Part shown: in pieces, positions 1-9,185 of the stretch | Numbering within the stretch: position 1 is the first letter of the stretch | Layout: each line of letters starts with the position of its first letter | Assembly: GCA_963825525.1 (NCBI GenBank) | Contig: CAWGTN010000001.1 | Coordinates: 225,787 to 289,786 of the forward strand | From: an uncultured Chloroflexia bacterium | GTDB taxonomy: Bacteria > Chloroflexota > Limnocylindria > QHBO01 | Reading direction: 5' to 3' | Length of the DNA stretch: 64,000 nt | Translations under genes and position numbers: made by a program | Notes under the pieces: model-generated | The model's input: the letters and a program-made list of their open reading frames with translations, nothing else | Told to the model about the DNA's origin: nothing | Databases searched by the model: none

Positions 1-26
1 GGAAGCTCAAGGACTACCTGGAGTAA
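1..26 (+). CDS. rpoD: 3' end of a CDS reading ..(R)KLKDYLE*, probably primary sigma factor RpoD/SigA
   Basis: AAG CTC AAG GAC TAC CTG GAG TAA matches the typical RpoD C-terminus (HPSRSRKLKDYLE). Only 8 codons are visible. Confidence 0.6.
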
Positions 27-129
27 CGCCGCGCGGCCACGGAGACGTCGGACGCCGCCGGGTCGAGTGGTACCGAACCCGGACGAATGGACGATGGCAT
101 CGTGACCCGCCACCCGCCACGATCGGTTC

Positions 130-2019
130 GTGCGACTCACGCTCGACCGCCGACCCCTGCGCCGCGCCCTGCTCGGCGGGGTGATCGGCCTTGCGGTGCT
201 CGCGATGCTCATCGGCGCCGTGCTCTCCATCGTCATCGGTGGCTCTCTTGGCCAGATGCACCAGTCCATCTCGCGTGCCGACGAGCTGGCCGATGAGGCG
301 GCCAACCTGCGGGCAGCCCTCCTGGACCAGGAGACCGGGCTGCGGGGTTACCAGCTCACCGGTGACGACGCGTTCCTGCAGCCGTATCGCGTCGGCCTGC
401 GCGCCGAGCAGGGCGCGCTCGATGGGCTGCTGCTGAACGCGAAGGGCGAAGGGCTGGTGCTGGCCGTTCGCGAGGTCACCCAGAAGGCGGAGGAGTGGCG
501 GGCCTCGTGGGTCATACCCCAGCTGGCGCTCGTCGCGACTGACGATCTCGACGCCGTGGCCGAGCAGGTCGGCACCGGTGAAGGGAAGCGAAGATTCGAG
601 GCCATTCGTGGCGCGCTCGGTCGCGTGGACCTCGCGATCGGCGAGATCCGATCATCGGCTCTCGCCTCGGTCGACCAGGTGCAGCGGCTCATGCTGCTGC
701 TCATCGGCAGTGCGGTCGTGATCTTCGCTTCGGCGCTCGGCGCCGGGGGATGGTGGATGTTCCGACGCATTGCGGCTCCGCTCGATCGACTCGTCGGCAC
801 TGCCGAGGCCCTCGAGCGTGGAGCCGAGGTGAAGTTCGTGGCAGCACGTGACGACGAGCTCGGCACGCTGGCGGAGACGCTGGAACGGCTGCAGCAGACC
901 ATCAAGCAGCGATACGAGACGGCAGCCGAGCTGGCCGATCGATCGACCGTGTTCAACCGGCTCTCGGAGCTGATCAGCTATGCCGCCGACGAGGCCGCGA
1001 TCATCCGCGCCGGCAGCGCCGCCTTCGAGCGGCTCGTCCCCAATCGCGGGGGCGAGGTGCTGCTCGTGAATCCGTCCTTCGACCAGCTTCACGTCAACTC
1101 GGTATGGGGCGACACGAAGGCCCCGGCGGGGGGACGTCTCGCGGTCGATCGCCCGACGGCGTGCCCGGGCATTCGTCGCAACACCGTCCACCTGACCCGA
1201 TCGGCCCTCGATGCCTTCTCGCTGACCTGTGAGGTCCACCCGCTGCGCAGCGGCTCGCTGATCTGCGTGCCGATGGTGTCGCTCAACGAGATCATGGGTG
1301 TCATCCACCTCGAGCGGGAAGAGGAGGACGCCTTCGATGACGAGGACCTCCGCTCCGCCAGTCGGGTGGCGGAGCACATTGCCCTGGCGATGGCGAACCT
1401 GCGGCTGGTTCGGCGCATGGAGGCGCAGGCGATGACCGATCCGCTGACCGGACTCGCCAACGCGCGGTTCTTCGACCCGCTGGTCGAGCGCGAGCTCGCG
1501 AGCACGATCCGGGAGGGTCGACCGGTCGGGTTGATCATGCTCGACATCGACCACTTCAAGCAGTTCAACGACAGCCATGGCCACCCCGCCGGCGACGAGG
1601 CACTCCGGGCGTTCGCCCGCGCCGTTCGCGGCAGCCTTCGCGAGTCGGATACGGCAGCCCGCTACGGGGGCGAGGAATTCGCAATCCTCCTGCGGAACAC
1701 CGACCTGCAGGGGGCCCAGGCCGTGGCAGAGAAACTGCGCAGCGCGATCGAGCTGACGCCGATCGAGATCGGCCCGAACCGCTTCGCCAGGATCAGCGCG
1801 TCGCTCGGCGTCGCCGCCTCGGATGTCCACGGGACCGACCGGATGCAGCTGATGCGGCTCGCTGATGGTGCGCTGTACGACGCAAAGGGTGATGGGCGCA
1901 ACCGGGTCGTGGCGGCCCCCGGGGCCGTGCCAGGGCAGGACGCGTCTGGCGCCCGGCCCACCCGCCTCAAGCCGCGAGCGAAACCCGTACGCGTCCGCGC
2001 GGCGGCCCGCGGCCGATAG
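130..2019 (+). CDS. Membrane-bound diguanylate cyclase (TM-CHASE3-TM-HAMP-GAF-GGDEF)
   Basis: CHASE3 motif LLDQETGLRGYQLTGD, HAMP-like RDDELGTLA, GAF region, MTDPLTGLAN / DIDHFKQFND / RYGGEEF, and RxxD I-site (RESD). Confidence 0.92.
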   Translation: MRLTLDRRPLRRALLGGVIGLAVLAMLIGAVLSIVIGGSLGQMHQSISRADELADEAANLRAALLDQETGLRGYQLTGDDAFLQPYRVGLRAEQGALDGLLLNAKGEGLVLAVREVTQKAEEWRASWVIPQLALVATDDLDAVAEQVGTGEGKRRFEAIRGALGRVDLAIGEIRSSALASVDQVQRLMLLLIGSAVVIFASALGAGGWWMFRRIAAPLDRLVGTAEALERGAEVKFVAARDDELGTLAETLERLQQTIKQRYETAAELADRSTVFNRLSELISYAADEAAIIRAGSAAFERLVPNRGGEVLLVNPSFDQLHVNSVWGDTKAPAGGRLAVDRPTACPGIRRNTVHLTRSALDAFSLTCEVHPLRSGSLICVPMVSLNEIMGVIHLEREEEDAFDDEDLRSASRVAEHIALAMANLRLVRRMEAQAMTDPLTGLANARFFDPLVERELASTIREGRPVGLIMLDIDHFKQFNDSHGHPAGDEALRAFARAVRGSLRESDTAARYGGEEFAILLRNTDLQGAQAVAEKLRSAIELTPIEIGPNRFARISASLGVAASDVHGTDRMQLMRLADGALYDAKGDGRNRVVAAPGAVPGQDASGARPTRLKPRAKPVRVRAAARGR

Positions 2020-2024
2020 CGACT

Positions 2025-2054
2025 TTGACCCGCCTGAAGATGCGCCCGTATAAT
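2025..2054 (+). promoter_or_regulatory. Sigma70-type promoter of tRNA-Asn
   Basis: TTGACC (2025-2030), 18-bp spacer, TATAAT (2049-2054). Confidence 0.7.
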
Positions 2055-2091
2055 CCGGACCCGATCTGAGGCTCCGCCTCGCACTCTTCGT

Positions 2092-2166
2092 TCCGGCGTA
2101 GCTCAGTGGTAGAGCGGGCGGCTGTTAACCGCTTGGTCGTAGGTTCGAGTCCTACCGCCGGAGCCA
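2092..2166 (+). tRNA. tRNA-Asn (GTT)
   Basis: Acceptor stem TCCGGCG/CGCCGGA, D arm GCTCAGTGGTAGAGC, anticodon loop CTGTTAA, T loop GGTTCGAGTCC, encoded CCA. Confidence 0.97.
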
Positions 2167-2303
2167 CGTTCACCCCTGATCGGGCCGAGCCTCGGGCGCC
2201 CCTACCGCGGTACACCCGTGCGCTGCGTCACGCGGCCACCTTCGACGACCGATGAGCTTCGGACGACTGCGCTGTCTACAGGACATCAGCAGAGGACAGG
2301 ACG

Positions 2304-3662
2304 ATGCCCGTGACGATCCCAGGGTTCGAGGGAGCGCTGTTCGGCCCAGGTGACGACGCCTATGACGCTCATCGCGAGGTCTGGAATGCGATGGTCGATC
2401 GCCGCCCGGCCGTGATCGCGCGCTGCACGAGCGCGGCCGACGTGGCGGCCGCAATCCGCCATGCGCGCGCTGCCGGCCTCGAGATCGGGGTCAAGTGTGG
2501 AGGCCATAGCGTGCTCGGCCTGTCGGTTCCGCACGACGGCCTGATGATCGACCTGACGCCGATGGCAGGCGTGCGCATCGACCCGCAGGCCAGACGGGCG
2601 ATTGTCGGGGGCGGTGCGCTGCTTCGGTTCCTCGATGAGGCGTCCCAGGCACACGGCCTGGCGACCACTGCCGGCAATGTGTCGCACACGGGCGTCGGCG
2701 GGCTCACGTTGGGCGGCGGAATGGGTTGGCTGGCACGCCAGTGCGGCCTGGCGTGCGACAACGTCGAGGCCTACACGCTGGTGACTGCCGACGGGACGGT
2801 TCTCCGTGCCACCGCCGACCAACACCCTGATCTGTTCTGGGGGCTCCGGGGCGGCGGCGGCAATTTCGGCGTCGTCACCGAGTTCGCGTTTCGGCTCCAC
2901 CCGGTCGCCGGCCAGACCACGGTCGTCGAGCTCGCCTTCGACGCGGACGACGCCTACGAACCGATGCGACGCTGGCGGGACCTGTTGCCCGATGCTCCCC
3001 GCCAGGCGACGCTGACCGCCGACGCGGTCACCCGGGGTGGGAGGCCGAGCGTCGTCATCGGGTTCGTCTGGGTCGGGGATCCGGACGGTGCGCGCAGCTA
3101 TGCGCGGACGATGGGAGCGATCGGCTCAGCTCGCGACGCATCCATCCACGAGATGACCTACCTCGAGCTGCAGTCGGGCGGCGACGCCGGGCACCATCCC
3201 GGCAAGCGGCGCTACGCGGCTGGCCACTACCTGCGCGAGCTCAGCGACGCCGCGATCGGAGCCTTCCTGGCGCGCGGCGTCGACCCGCGCAGCGCCGACC
3301 GGGGTGCCGCGCCGGGCGGCGGCTTTCAAGCCTATGGTGGTGCCATCGCCGATGTGGCGAACGACGACTCGGCCTTCAGTCACCGCGACGCGGTGGTCGA
3401 GTTCTTCGCCGGGCATTCGTGGATCGATCCCGCAGAAGACGAGCAACGAATGTCATCTGCGCGTGCGTTCGGTGCCGCCCTCGCCCCCTTCGCGAGCGGC
3501 GTGTACGTCAACGCACTGTCGGATGAGGGTCAGGAGGGTGTGCGGCGAGCCTATGGCGACGCCAAGTTGGCCCGCCTGGCCGAGCTGAAGGGCCGATACG
3601 ACCCGGAGAACATCTTCCACCTCAACCAGAACATCCTGCCCGCTCGCGGGACGGCTGGTTGA
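2304..3662 (+). CDS. FAD-binding oxidoreductase (VAO/PCMH type with BBE domain)
   Basis: KCGGHS covalent-FAD motif, GVGGLTLGGG, DLFWGLRGGGGNFGVVT, C-terminal LAELKGRYDPENIFHLN. Confidence 0.92.
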   Translation: MPVTIPGFEGALFGPGDDAYDAHREVWNAMVDRRPAVIARCTSAADVAAAIRHARAAGLEIGVKCGGHSVLGLSVPHDGLMIDLTPMAGVRIDPQARRAIVGGGALLRFLDEASQAHGLATTAGNVSHTGVGGLTLGGGMGWLARQCGLACDNVEAYTLVTADGTVLRATADQHPDLFWGLRGGGGNFGVVTEFAFRLHPVAGQTTVVELAFDADDAYEPMRRWRDLLPDAPRQATLTADAVTRGGRPSVVIGFVWVGDPDGARSYARTMGAIGSARDASIHEMTYLELQSGGDAGHHPGKRRYAAGHYLRELSDAAIGAFLARGVDPRSADRGAAPGGGFQAYGGAIADVANDDSAFSHRDAVVEFFAGHSWIDPAEDEQRMSSARAFGAALAPFASGVYVNALSDEGQEGVRRAYGDAKLARLAELKGRYDPENIFHLNQNILPARGTAG

Positions 3663-3707
3663 AACCGCGGAACGGCGCGCCGGCGGCACGGATGGACAAC
3701 ATGCGCG

Positions 3708-3734
3708 GAAACCTTTCACGGGGCTCGTGACGTC
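3708..3734 (+). promoter_or_regulatory. Putative ECF-sigma promoter
   Basis: GAAACC-N17-CGTC ending 9 nt before the ATG at 3744. Confidence 0.5.
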
Positions 3735-3743
3735 AGGTCCCGC

Positions 3744-4133
3744 ATGGTGTCGTCACTTCGCCTCGTGGCCCTTGCCATTGTCCTGGCCGCGTGCCAGCAG
3801 CCGGCGAGCTCATCGGCCGCCCTGGTCAGGGTCGATGGAGTAGTCGAGGCCGGGCCGGTCTGTCCGGTCGAGCGAGTCCCGCCCGATCCGGCATGCGCCC
3901 CGCGCGCGGTAGGCGGAGCGGAGATCGTGGTGGTGGCGGGGGACGGGTCCGTTGTCGCCCGGGTATTGAGCGACGAGGACGGTGCGTTCGTGGTCGAGGT
4001 GGTGCCGGGCAGGTATGACCTGGCGGGGCAGCCCGTCGAGGGCCTGATGGGGGTACCGGCGCCCGTCAGCATCGACGTTGGACCCGCTGGCGTCGGCGGA
4101 ATCGTGCTCGCCTACGACACCGGGATTCGATGA
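3744..4133 (+). CDS. Lipoprotein with carboxypeptidase regulatory-like (beta-sandwich) domain
   Basis: Lipobox LAAC, GPVCPVE..DPAC Cys pair, SDEDGAF..PGRY, C-terminal YDTGIR. Confidence 0.75.
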   Translation: MVSSLRLVALAIVLAACQQPASSSAALVRVDGVVEAGPVCPVERVPPDPACAPRAVGGAEIVVVAGDGSVVARVLSDEDGAFVVEVVPGRYDLAGQPVEGLMGVPAPVSIDVGPAGVGGIVLAYDTGIR

Positions 4134-4173
4134 GGGGCTAACGCTGGCGACGTGCCGGCGTTACTACCAATGA

Positions 4174-4229
4174 GCCGGGCACTGCGTTGGCGGCTCTGCC
4201 GCCAGGGCAGCCGCAGTGTCCGGCGTTTT
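4174..4229 (+). terminator. Hairpin with T-tail between convergent genes
   Basis: GCCGGGCACTGCG...CGCAGTGTCCGGC followed by GTTTT. Confidence 0.5.
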
Positions 4230-4256
4230 CGTGCCCGGATTCGCCGATCGAGAACG

Positions 4257-4466
4257 TCAGGACTCTCGTTCGTGCCAATCGGGATCGACGGGCGCCGTCG
4301 GCCCGACATCGCCGACGGTGGGAACCAGGATCCAGCCCATCAACGCCATCGCGATCGCGAAGATCACGAGCAGCGCAGCCCCTGCGGCCTCGTACGAGAG
4401 GAACCAGTAGGCAACGCCGACGGCGAAGATCACGATCGGAATCGACATGTACTTCACGAGGGTCAT
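4257..4466 (-). CDS. Small two-TM membrane protein (69 aa)
   Basis: Two hydrophobic helices and an acidic tail; ATG at 4466 lies 6 nt after a TATCAT -10 box. Confidence 0.65.
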   Translation of the reverse strand: MTLVKYMSIPIVIFAVGVAYWFLSYEAAGAALLVIFAIAMALMGWILVPTVGDVGPTAPVDPDWHERES

Positions 4467-4556
4467 GGGCGAATGATAGCGCGCGGATGAGCCTCGTCTC
4501 GTCATTGCCGCGCCATTGCAGGAAACTACGTAAATCTCCTGGAATCTGTGTAAGCC

Positions 4557-5120
4557 TCAGACGATCCAGCCACAATCGGTTCGATCAACCTGCGTCCTGG
4601 TCTCGGTGGGTTCCGGCCTGAGGCCGTCCTCCGGGGCGTGGGCATTGACGAGAGGACGGGTTCCGAGGCGCCGGTCGGCCGTGACCAGTGAAGCACGACG
4701 AACCTGTGCGTCGGTCACCGGCGACCCGACCTCGGATGGATCGGCAGGGGCGGGGAGCGTGCCCGCCGAGCCGGAGCTGGATCGTGCGGTGACGACGCTC
4801 CCGTCGGGGTAGCTCAACCAGAGGCCACGCAATCTCGCGATGAAGTGCTCCGCCATTCCAGGCACGAGCAGGTCGACCATGCCCCGTCCGGATCGACGGT
4901 AGCCACGCGGGCGCTCATCTGCCTGGACCCGGTCCACGAAGCCACGGGACAGCAGCTCCTCAATGGCGACCCGGACCGCATCCGGTGCCTCGATCTCGGA
5001 GTGGCCATCGCGGAACGTCGCGCGGCCGACGACCTCCGGCTCCGTGGCGCCGCGCGCCGTGCTGAGCAGCTCGAAGACGAGGGTATCCTCGGTTCGCGGA
5101 TCGGCGCTTCGGTCGAACAT
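4557..5120 (-). CDS. Hypothetical protein
   Basis: 187-aa ORF with protein-like composition; TATTCT 6 nt upstream of the ATG. Confidence 0.65.
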   Translation of the reverse strand: MFDRSADPRTEDTLVFELLSTARGATEPEVVGRATFRDGHSEIEAPDAVRVAIEELLSRGFVDRVQADERPRGYRRSGRGMVDLLVPGMAEHFIARLRGLWLSYPDGSVVTARSSSGSAGTLPAPADPSEVGSPVTDAQVRRASLVTADRRLGTRPLVNAHAPEDGLRPEPTETRTQVDRTDCGWIV

Positions 5121-5230
5121 GGGTCGAGAATAGCGCAGCGCAAGGCACTCGCGTGGCCCCCGCGACGCACGCCGACCTCCGCTAGAATCGGTCCTCGAGC
5201 GAGGGTTGGCAGCGACCGGATGGAGGCAGC

Positions 5231-5587
5231 GTGAGCGAGATCGAAGAGAAGGGCTACCGCGAAATGGTGGCCGCGCAGAACGACGCGCAGGTGGATACCT
5301 GGGCGGCGGATCTGTTCATCGACTTCGCGAAGCGCCTCGGCGTGGGCACGGCGATCGCCGCGTTCTGCCAGGCGGGCGGTCTCGATGCGCGCTCATTCCA
5401 GCGTGCGTACCTGGTCGGCGGCGGGCCGGATCACACGGTCGGCATCGACACGGCCGGGGCACTGGCCGCCCCGATCTTCGAGTTGCCGAGGGCGATCGCC
5501 GGCCTGCGACGGATCGATCCGGATGCGCGCGCCAAGCTCATCGACTTCCTCGTGCAGCACCGCGAGGTCATGTCGTACACCGCCTGA
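5231..5587 (+). CDS. Hypothetical protein
   Basis: GGAGG RBS before a GTG start, high-GC3 codon usage, upstream TAGAAT. Confidence 0.75.
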   Translation: MSEIEEKGYREMVAAQNDAQVDTWAADLFIDFAKRLGVGTAIAAFCQAGGLDARSFQRAYLVGGGPDHTVGIDTAGALAAPIFELPRAIAGLRRIDPDARAKLIDFLVQHREVMSYTA

Positions 5588-5599
5588 CGGCGGGCGGCG

Positions 5600-6598
5600 C
5601 TACTCGGCCTCGTCCTGGGACGAACTGCCGGATCGCATCAGTGCGATGGCGTTCTCGATCTTCAGCTTGGTGATGGTCAGGTGCTTGGCAAAGTTCGCCC
5701 GGTTGACCTCGCCGATCTGATCCATCATGTCAGGCTGTCGGAGGATGTCGACCAAATCGTCGACGCCCTCGGCAAGCTTCGAGCGGGCGCCCATCAGGGC
5801 ATCGTCAGCAGCCTTCTTGGCCTGGACCTCACCGGCAACGGTCCGCGCTCGTCTGGGCGACTTGCCGGCAGCGAGATCGGCTTCCTCGGGTTTGCCACCG
5901 CCGGTGATCACCCGCAGCTTCGCGAGCGACAGCTCACCCGCGGCGATCCGCTTACCGAGTCGACGGCGCTGGCGTTCGTCGCCGATCTTCATCAGCTCAT
6001 ATGCATGACTGATCGTGTCTTTGCGCAACGACACGAGCTCCCGAATGTCGGCGGGCGCATCGGACAAGCGCAGACGGTTTTCGATGTAGCCCTTGTCCTT
6101 GCCGACCTTCTGCGCCAGCTGGCGCACGGAGTATCCGAATGCCTCCGTCATGCGACGGAACATCGCTGCCTCTTCGAGCGGCGACACATCCTCGCGCTGA
6201 AGGTTCTCGATGATGCTGACTTCCAGGGCGGTGGATTCGTCGAAGTCCACCACGATCGCCGGAATCGTCTCGCGTTCTGCCATGCGGGACGCACGCCAGC
6301 GTCGCTCACCGGCGATCAGCTCGAACTGCGCGCCGCTCGGCCGCACGAGGATCGGCTGGAGCACGCCGTGCTCGCGGATTGAATCGGCCAGCTCCGTCAG
6401 CGAATCCTCGTCATAGGACAGTCGCGGCTGCGCCGGGTTCGGAAGGATCTTGCCGACCGGGACCTCGCGGATCTGTGCGTGGGTCGCGCGTGACTCGATG
6501 AGTGACACGATCCCCGGAGCAAGGTCGGTGTGCTGCGCCTCGTCGAAAAGCCGGTGAATGTTCTCTTTGAACGCCGGCCGCTTCTCAGCCAAGTTCAA
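5600..6598 (-). CDS. parB: ParB/Spo0J partition protein
   Basis: PNPAQPR, GVLQPILVR, IAGERRWRA, ENLQREDVSPLEEA, HTH. The start may be the TTG at 6592. Confidence 0.95.
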   Translation of the reverse strand: MNLAEKRPAFKENIHRLFDEAQHTDLAPGIVSLIESRATHAQIREVPVGKILPNPAQPRLSYDEDSLTELADSIREHGVLQPILVRPSGAQFELIAGERRWRASRMAERETIPAIVVDFDESTALEVSIIENLQREDVSPLEEAAMFRRMTEAFGYSVRQLAQKVGKDKGYIENRLRLSDAPADIRELVSLRKDTISHAYELMKIGDERQRRRLGKRIAAGELSLAKLRVITGGGKPEEADLAAGKSPRRARTVAGEVQAKKAADDALMGARSKLAEGVDDLVDILRQPDMMDQIGEVNRANFAKHLTITKLKIENAIALMRSGSSSQDEAE

Positions 6599-7352
6599 TC
6601 ACCTCCTGCGCTAGATCGCGGAAGGCGCGCGCTGCGGCCGATCCGGTCGCGTATTCCGTCACCGGCTTTCCGGTGAGCGGTGCCTCGCCAAGCTTCACGG
6701 TCTGCTTGATCATGGTGTTGAAGACCCGATGATCACCGAGCTGGCGCAGGTTCTCGAGCATCTCGCGCGCGAGGACTGTTCGCCCATCGAAGAACGTCGG
6801 GAGCAGGCCAAGCACCTCGAGATCGTGATTCAGCTTGATCTTGATGGTGTTGATGACCTTGATCAGGGCGGTGAGTCCCTTGATCGCGTAGTACTGCGTC
6901 TGCACCGGGATGATCACGCGATTGCTGGCAACCAATGCGTTGATCGTCAGCAGGCCGAGCGTCGGGGGACAGTCGATGATGATGACGTCGAACTGTCGTT
7001 CTGCCCAACCGGCCAGCGAGTCGCGTAGCACCATCTCCCGACCGATCGCGGTGAACAGCTCAACCTCGGTGGACGCGAGCTCGAGCGTTGCCGGAGCCAC
7101 CCACAGCCCATCGGTCTGGGTGGCGCGCACCACGTCGTCCAGTGAGACGCGGTCTTCGGAGAGGACGTCGGCCATCGACTGGCGAACATCCGAGAGGGAG
7201 ATGCCCAAGCCGACGGTGAGATTTGCCTGGGGGTCCATGTCGACGCACAGGACGCGATATCCGCGCTCAGCCAGTGCCCCGCCCAGGTTGATCGAGCAGG
7301 TCGTCTTGCCGACTCCGCCCTTCTGGTTGGCGATTGAGATTACCTTTGTCAA
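6585..7352 (-). CDS. parA: ParA/Soj ATPase
   Basis: Deviant Walker A IANQKGGVGKTT, DMDPQANLT, DCPPTLG. TTG start chosen after a GAAGGTG RBS; the ORF is open to 7451. Confidence 0.95.
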   Translation of the reverse strand: MTKVISIANQKGGVGKTTCSINLGGALAERGYRVLCVDMDPQANLTVGLGISLSDVRQSMADVLSEDRVSLDDVVRATQTDGLWVAPATLELASTEVELFTAIGREMVLRDSLAGWAERQFDVIIIDCPPTLGLLTINALVASNRVIIPVQTQYYAIKGLTALIKVINTIKIKLNHDLEVLGLLPTFFDGRTVLAREMLENLRQLGDHRVFNTMIKQTVKLGEAPLTGKPVTEYATGSAAARAFRDLAQEVIELG

Positions 7353-7443
7353 CGCGTCACCTTCGTGCGGTTGGGCGGGGGGTTCCGTCGCGGTTTGCGA
7401 CGCGATGATGATAGGCCGCGGACCGGGCCGCGGTCCATCGGAG

Positions 7444-7513
7444 TTGTCCACAACGTGGAGAAATCCGGCTGTCGTTGTGCAAAGACATCCGTCTATACTC
7501 GAAGTTGTCCACC
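7444..7513. promoter_or_regulatory. Cluster of DnaA-box-like 9-mers upstream of parA
   Basis: TTGTCCACA 7444-7452, reverse TTCTCCACG 7454-7462, TTGTGCAAA 7475-7483, TTGTCCACC 7505-7513. Confidence 0.55.
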
Positions 7514-7524
7514 GTCGGTCCTGC

Positions 7525-7600
7525 GGGCCCGTAGCTCAATGGTCAGAGCAACCGGCTCATAACCGGATGGTCGCAGGTTCGATTCCTGCCGGGCCCACCA
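7525..7600 (+). tRNA. tRNA with CAT anticodon, most likely tRNA-Ile2 (lysidine-modified)
   Basis: GGGCCCG/CGGGCCC acceptor, CCGGCTCATAACCGG anticodon arm, encoded CCA. It lacks the initiator C1:A72 mismatch and 3GC stem and resembles Ile2 tRNAs. Confidence 0.9.
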
Positions 7601-7627
7601 GCCGCACACAGCGAAGGAGTCCCTCGC

Positions 7628-9178
7628 GTGTCCACCGCCGATAAGCTTGATCGCCTGCGGCAGCTGCGCGAGGAGTCTCGCTTGGGTGGGGGAGCGCGGC
7701 GGCTGGAACAGCAGCACGCCCGGGGCAAGCTGTCCGCTCGAGAGCGACTCGAGTTGCTGCTTGACGACGATTCGTTCACCGAGCTGGACGCATTCGTGAC
7801 GCATCGGGCCACCGATTTCGGTCTGGACGAGGAGCGGTACCTCGGTGACGGCGTGATCACCGGGTTCGGGCGGATCGACGGACGTCCCGTGTACGTCTAC
7901 AGCCAGGACTTCACGGTCTTCGGCGGATCGCTCTCCGAGGCGCATGCCGAGAAGATCTGCAAGGTGATGGACCTCGCGGTGGAGAACGGGGTGCCGATCA
8001 TCGGTCTGTCGGACTCGGGCGGCGCCCGCATACAGGAAGGCGTCGTCAGTCTCGGCGGGTACGCCGACATCTTCCTTCGCAACACGCTGGCATCTGGCGT
8101 GGTACCCCAGATCTCGTTGATCATGGGCCCGTGTGCTGGAGGAGCCGTGTACTCACCGGCGATCACCGACTTTGTCGTGATGGTGGAGGGCACGAGCTAC
8201 ATGTTCGTGACCGGCCCGAACGTCGTGAAGACGGTGACCCATGAGGAGATCGACTTCGAGGGCCTGGGCGGCGCGCAGATTCACAACGAGACGAGCGGTG
8301 TCGCGCATTTCCTTGCCGCGGGAGAGCCGCAGGCGCTGCAGCTTGCGCGAACCTTGTTCGGGTACCTCCCAGCGAACAATGTGGATCTGCCGCCGCGCCC
8401 CGACGCGTGGGAGTCGCCATCAATCTCCAGCGACGCACTCGATAGCCTGATTCCAGATTCACCGAAGCAGTCCTACGACATGCATACGGTGATCGGTGGA
8501 ATCGTCGACGCCGAATCATTCACCGAGGTGCATGCGCAGTTCGCGCGCAACATCATCTGCGGGCTCGGCAGGGTCGAAGGACGGACGGTCGGTATCGTGG
8601 CGCAGCAGCCCGAGGTACTTGCCGGTGTGCTGGACATCGACGCGTCCGACAAGGCCGCGCGATTCGTTCGCACCTGCGACTGCTTCAACATCCCGTTGGT
8701 GACGCTTGTCGACGTCCCCGGATTTCTGCCCGGTGTCGAACAGGAGCACCGAGGAATCATTCGTCACGGTGCAAAGCTGCTGTACGCGTACTGCGAGGCG
8801 ACCGTTCCGAAGATCACGGTGATCACGCGCAAGGCGTACGGCGGCGCATATGACGTCATGAGCAGCAAGCATGTCCGGGGCGACATGAACTTTGCATGGC
8901 CCACGGCCGAGATCGCGGTCATGGGTGTCGAAGGTGCCGTCAACATCATCTTCCGTGACGAGATCGGTGCAGCCGCGGACGAGGTCGCGGAGCGCGCGCG
9001 ACTGGTAACGGAGTACGAGGAGCGGTTTGCCAATCCTTATGTCGCCGCGGCCCGCGGCTACGTCGACGAGGTGATCCTTCCGTCGGAGACGCGGGCTCGG
9101 ATCTCCGGTGCGTTGACGATCCTGGCGAACAAGCGGCAGTCGGTGCCGCCCAAGAAGCACGGCAATATTCCGCTCTGA
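7628..9178 (+). CDS. pccB: Acyl-CoA (propionyl-CoA) carboxylase carboxyltransferase beta subunit
   Basis: [45 protein letters not shown]. Confidence 0.93.
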   Translation: MSTADKLDRLRQLREESRLGGGARRLEQQHARGKLSARERLELLLDDDSFTELDAFVTHRATDFGLDEERYLGDGVITGFGRIDGRPVYVYSQDFTVFGGSLSEAHAEKICKVMDLAVENGVPIIGLSDSGGARIQEGVVSLGGYADIFLRNTLASGVVPQISLIMGPCAGGAVYSPAITDFVVMVEGTSYMFVTGPNVVKTVTHEEIDFEGLGGAQIHNETSGVAHFLAAGEPQALQLARTLFGYLPANNVDLPPRPDAWESPSISSDALDSLIPDSPKQSYDMHTVIGGIVDAESFTEVHAQFARNIICGLGRVEGRTVGIVAQQPEVLAGVLDIDASDKAARFVRTCDCFNIPLVTLVDVPGFLPGVEQEHRGIIRHGAKLLYAYCEATVPKITVITRKAYGGAYDVMSSKHVRGDMNFAWPTAEIAVMGVEGAVNIIFRDEIGAAADEVAERARLVTEYEERFANPYVAAARGYVDEVILPSETRARISGALTILANKRQSVPPKKHGNIPL

Positions 9179-9185
9179 TCGATCA

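Noticed and set aside
2245-2275. Hammerhead-like CCGATGAG-CTTCGG
   Set aside because: It lacks the CTGANGA and GAAA catalytic core and supporting stems.
7380-7520. oriC or parS next to parAB
   Set aside because: No dnaA/dnaN, no clear AT-rich unwinding element and no TGTTTCACGTGAAACA-like palindrome. Retained only as a DnaA-box cluster.
2092-7600. tRNA-anchored genomic island
   Set aside because: No integrase and no duplicated tRNA 3' end were seen, and composition matches the core genome.
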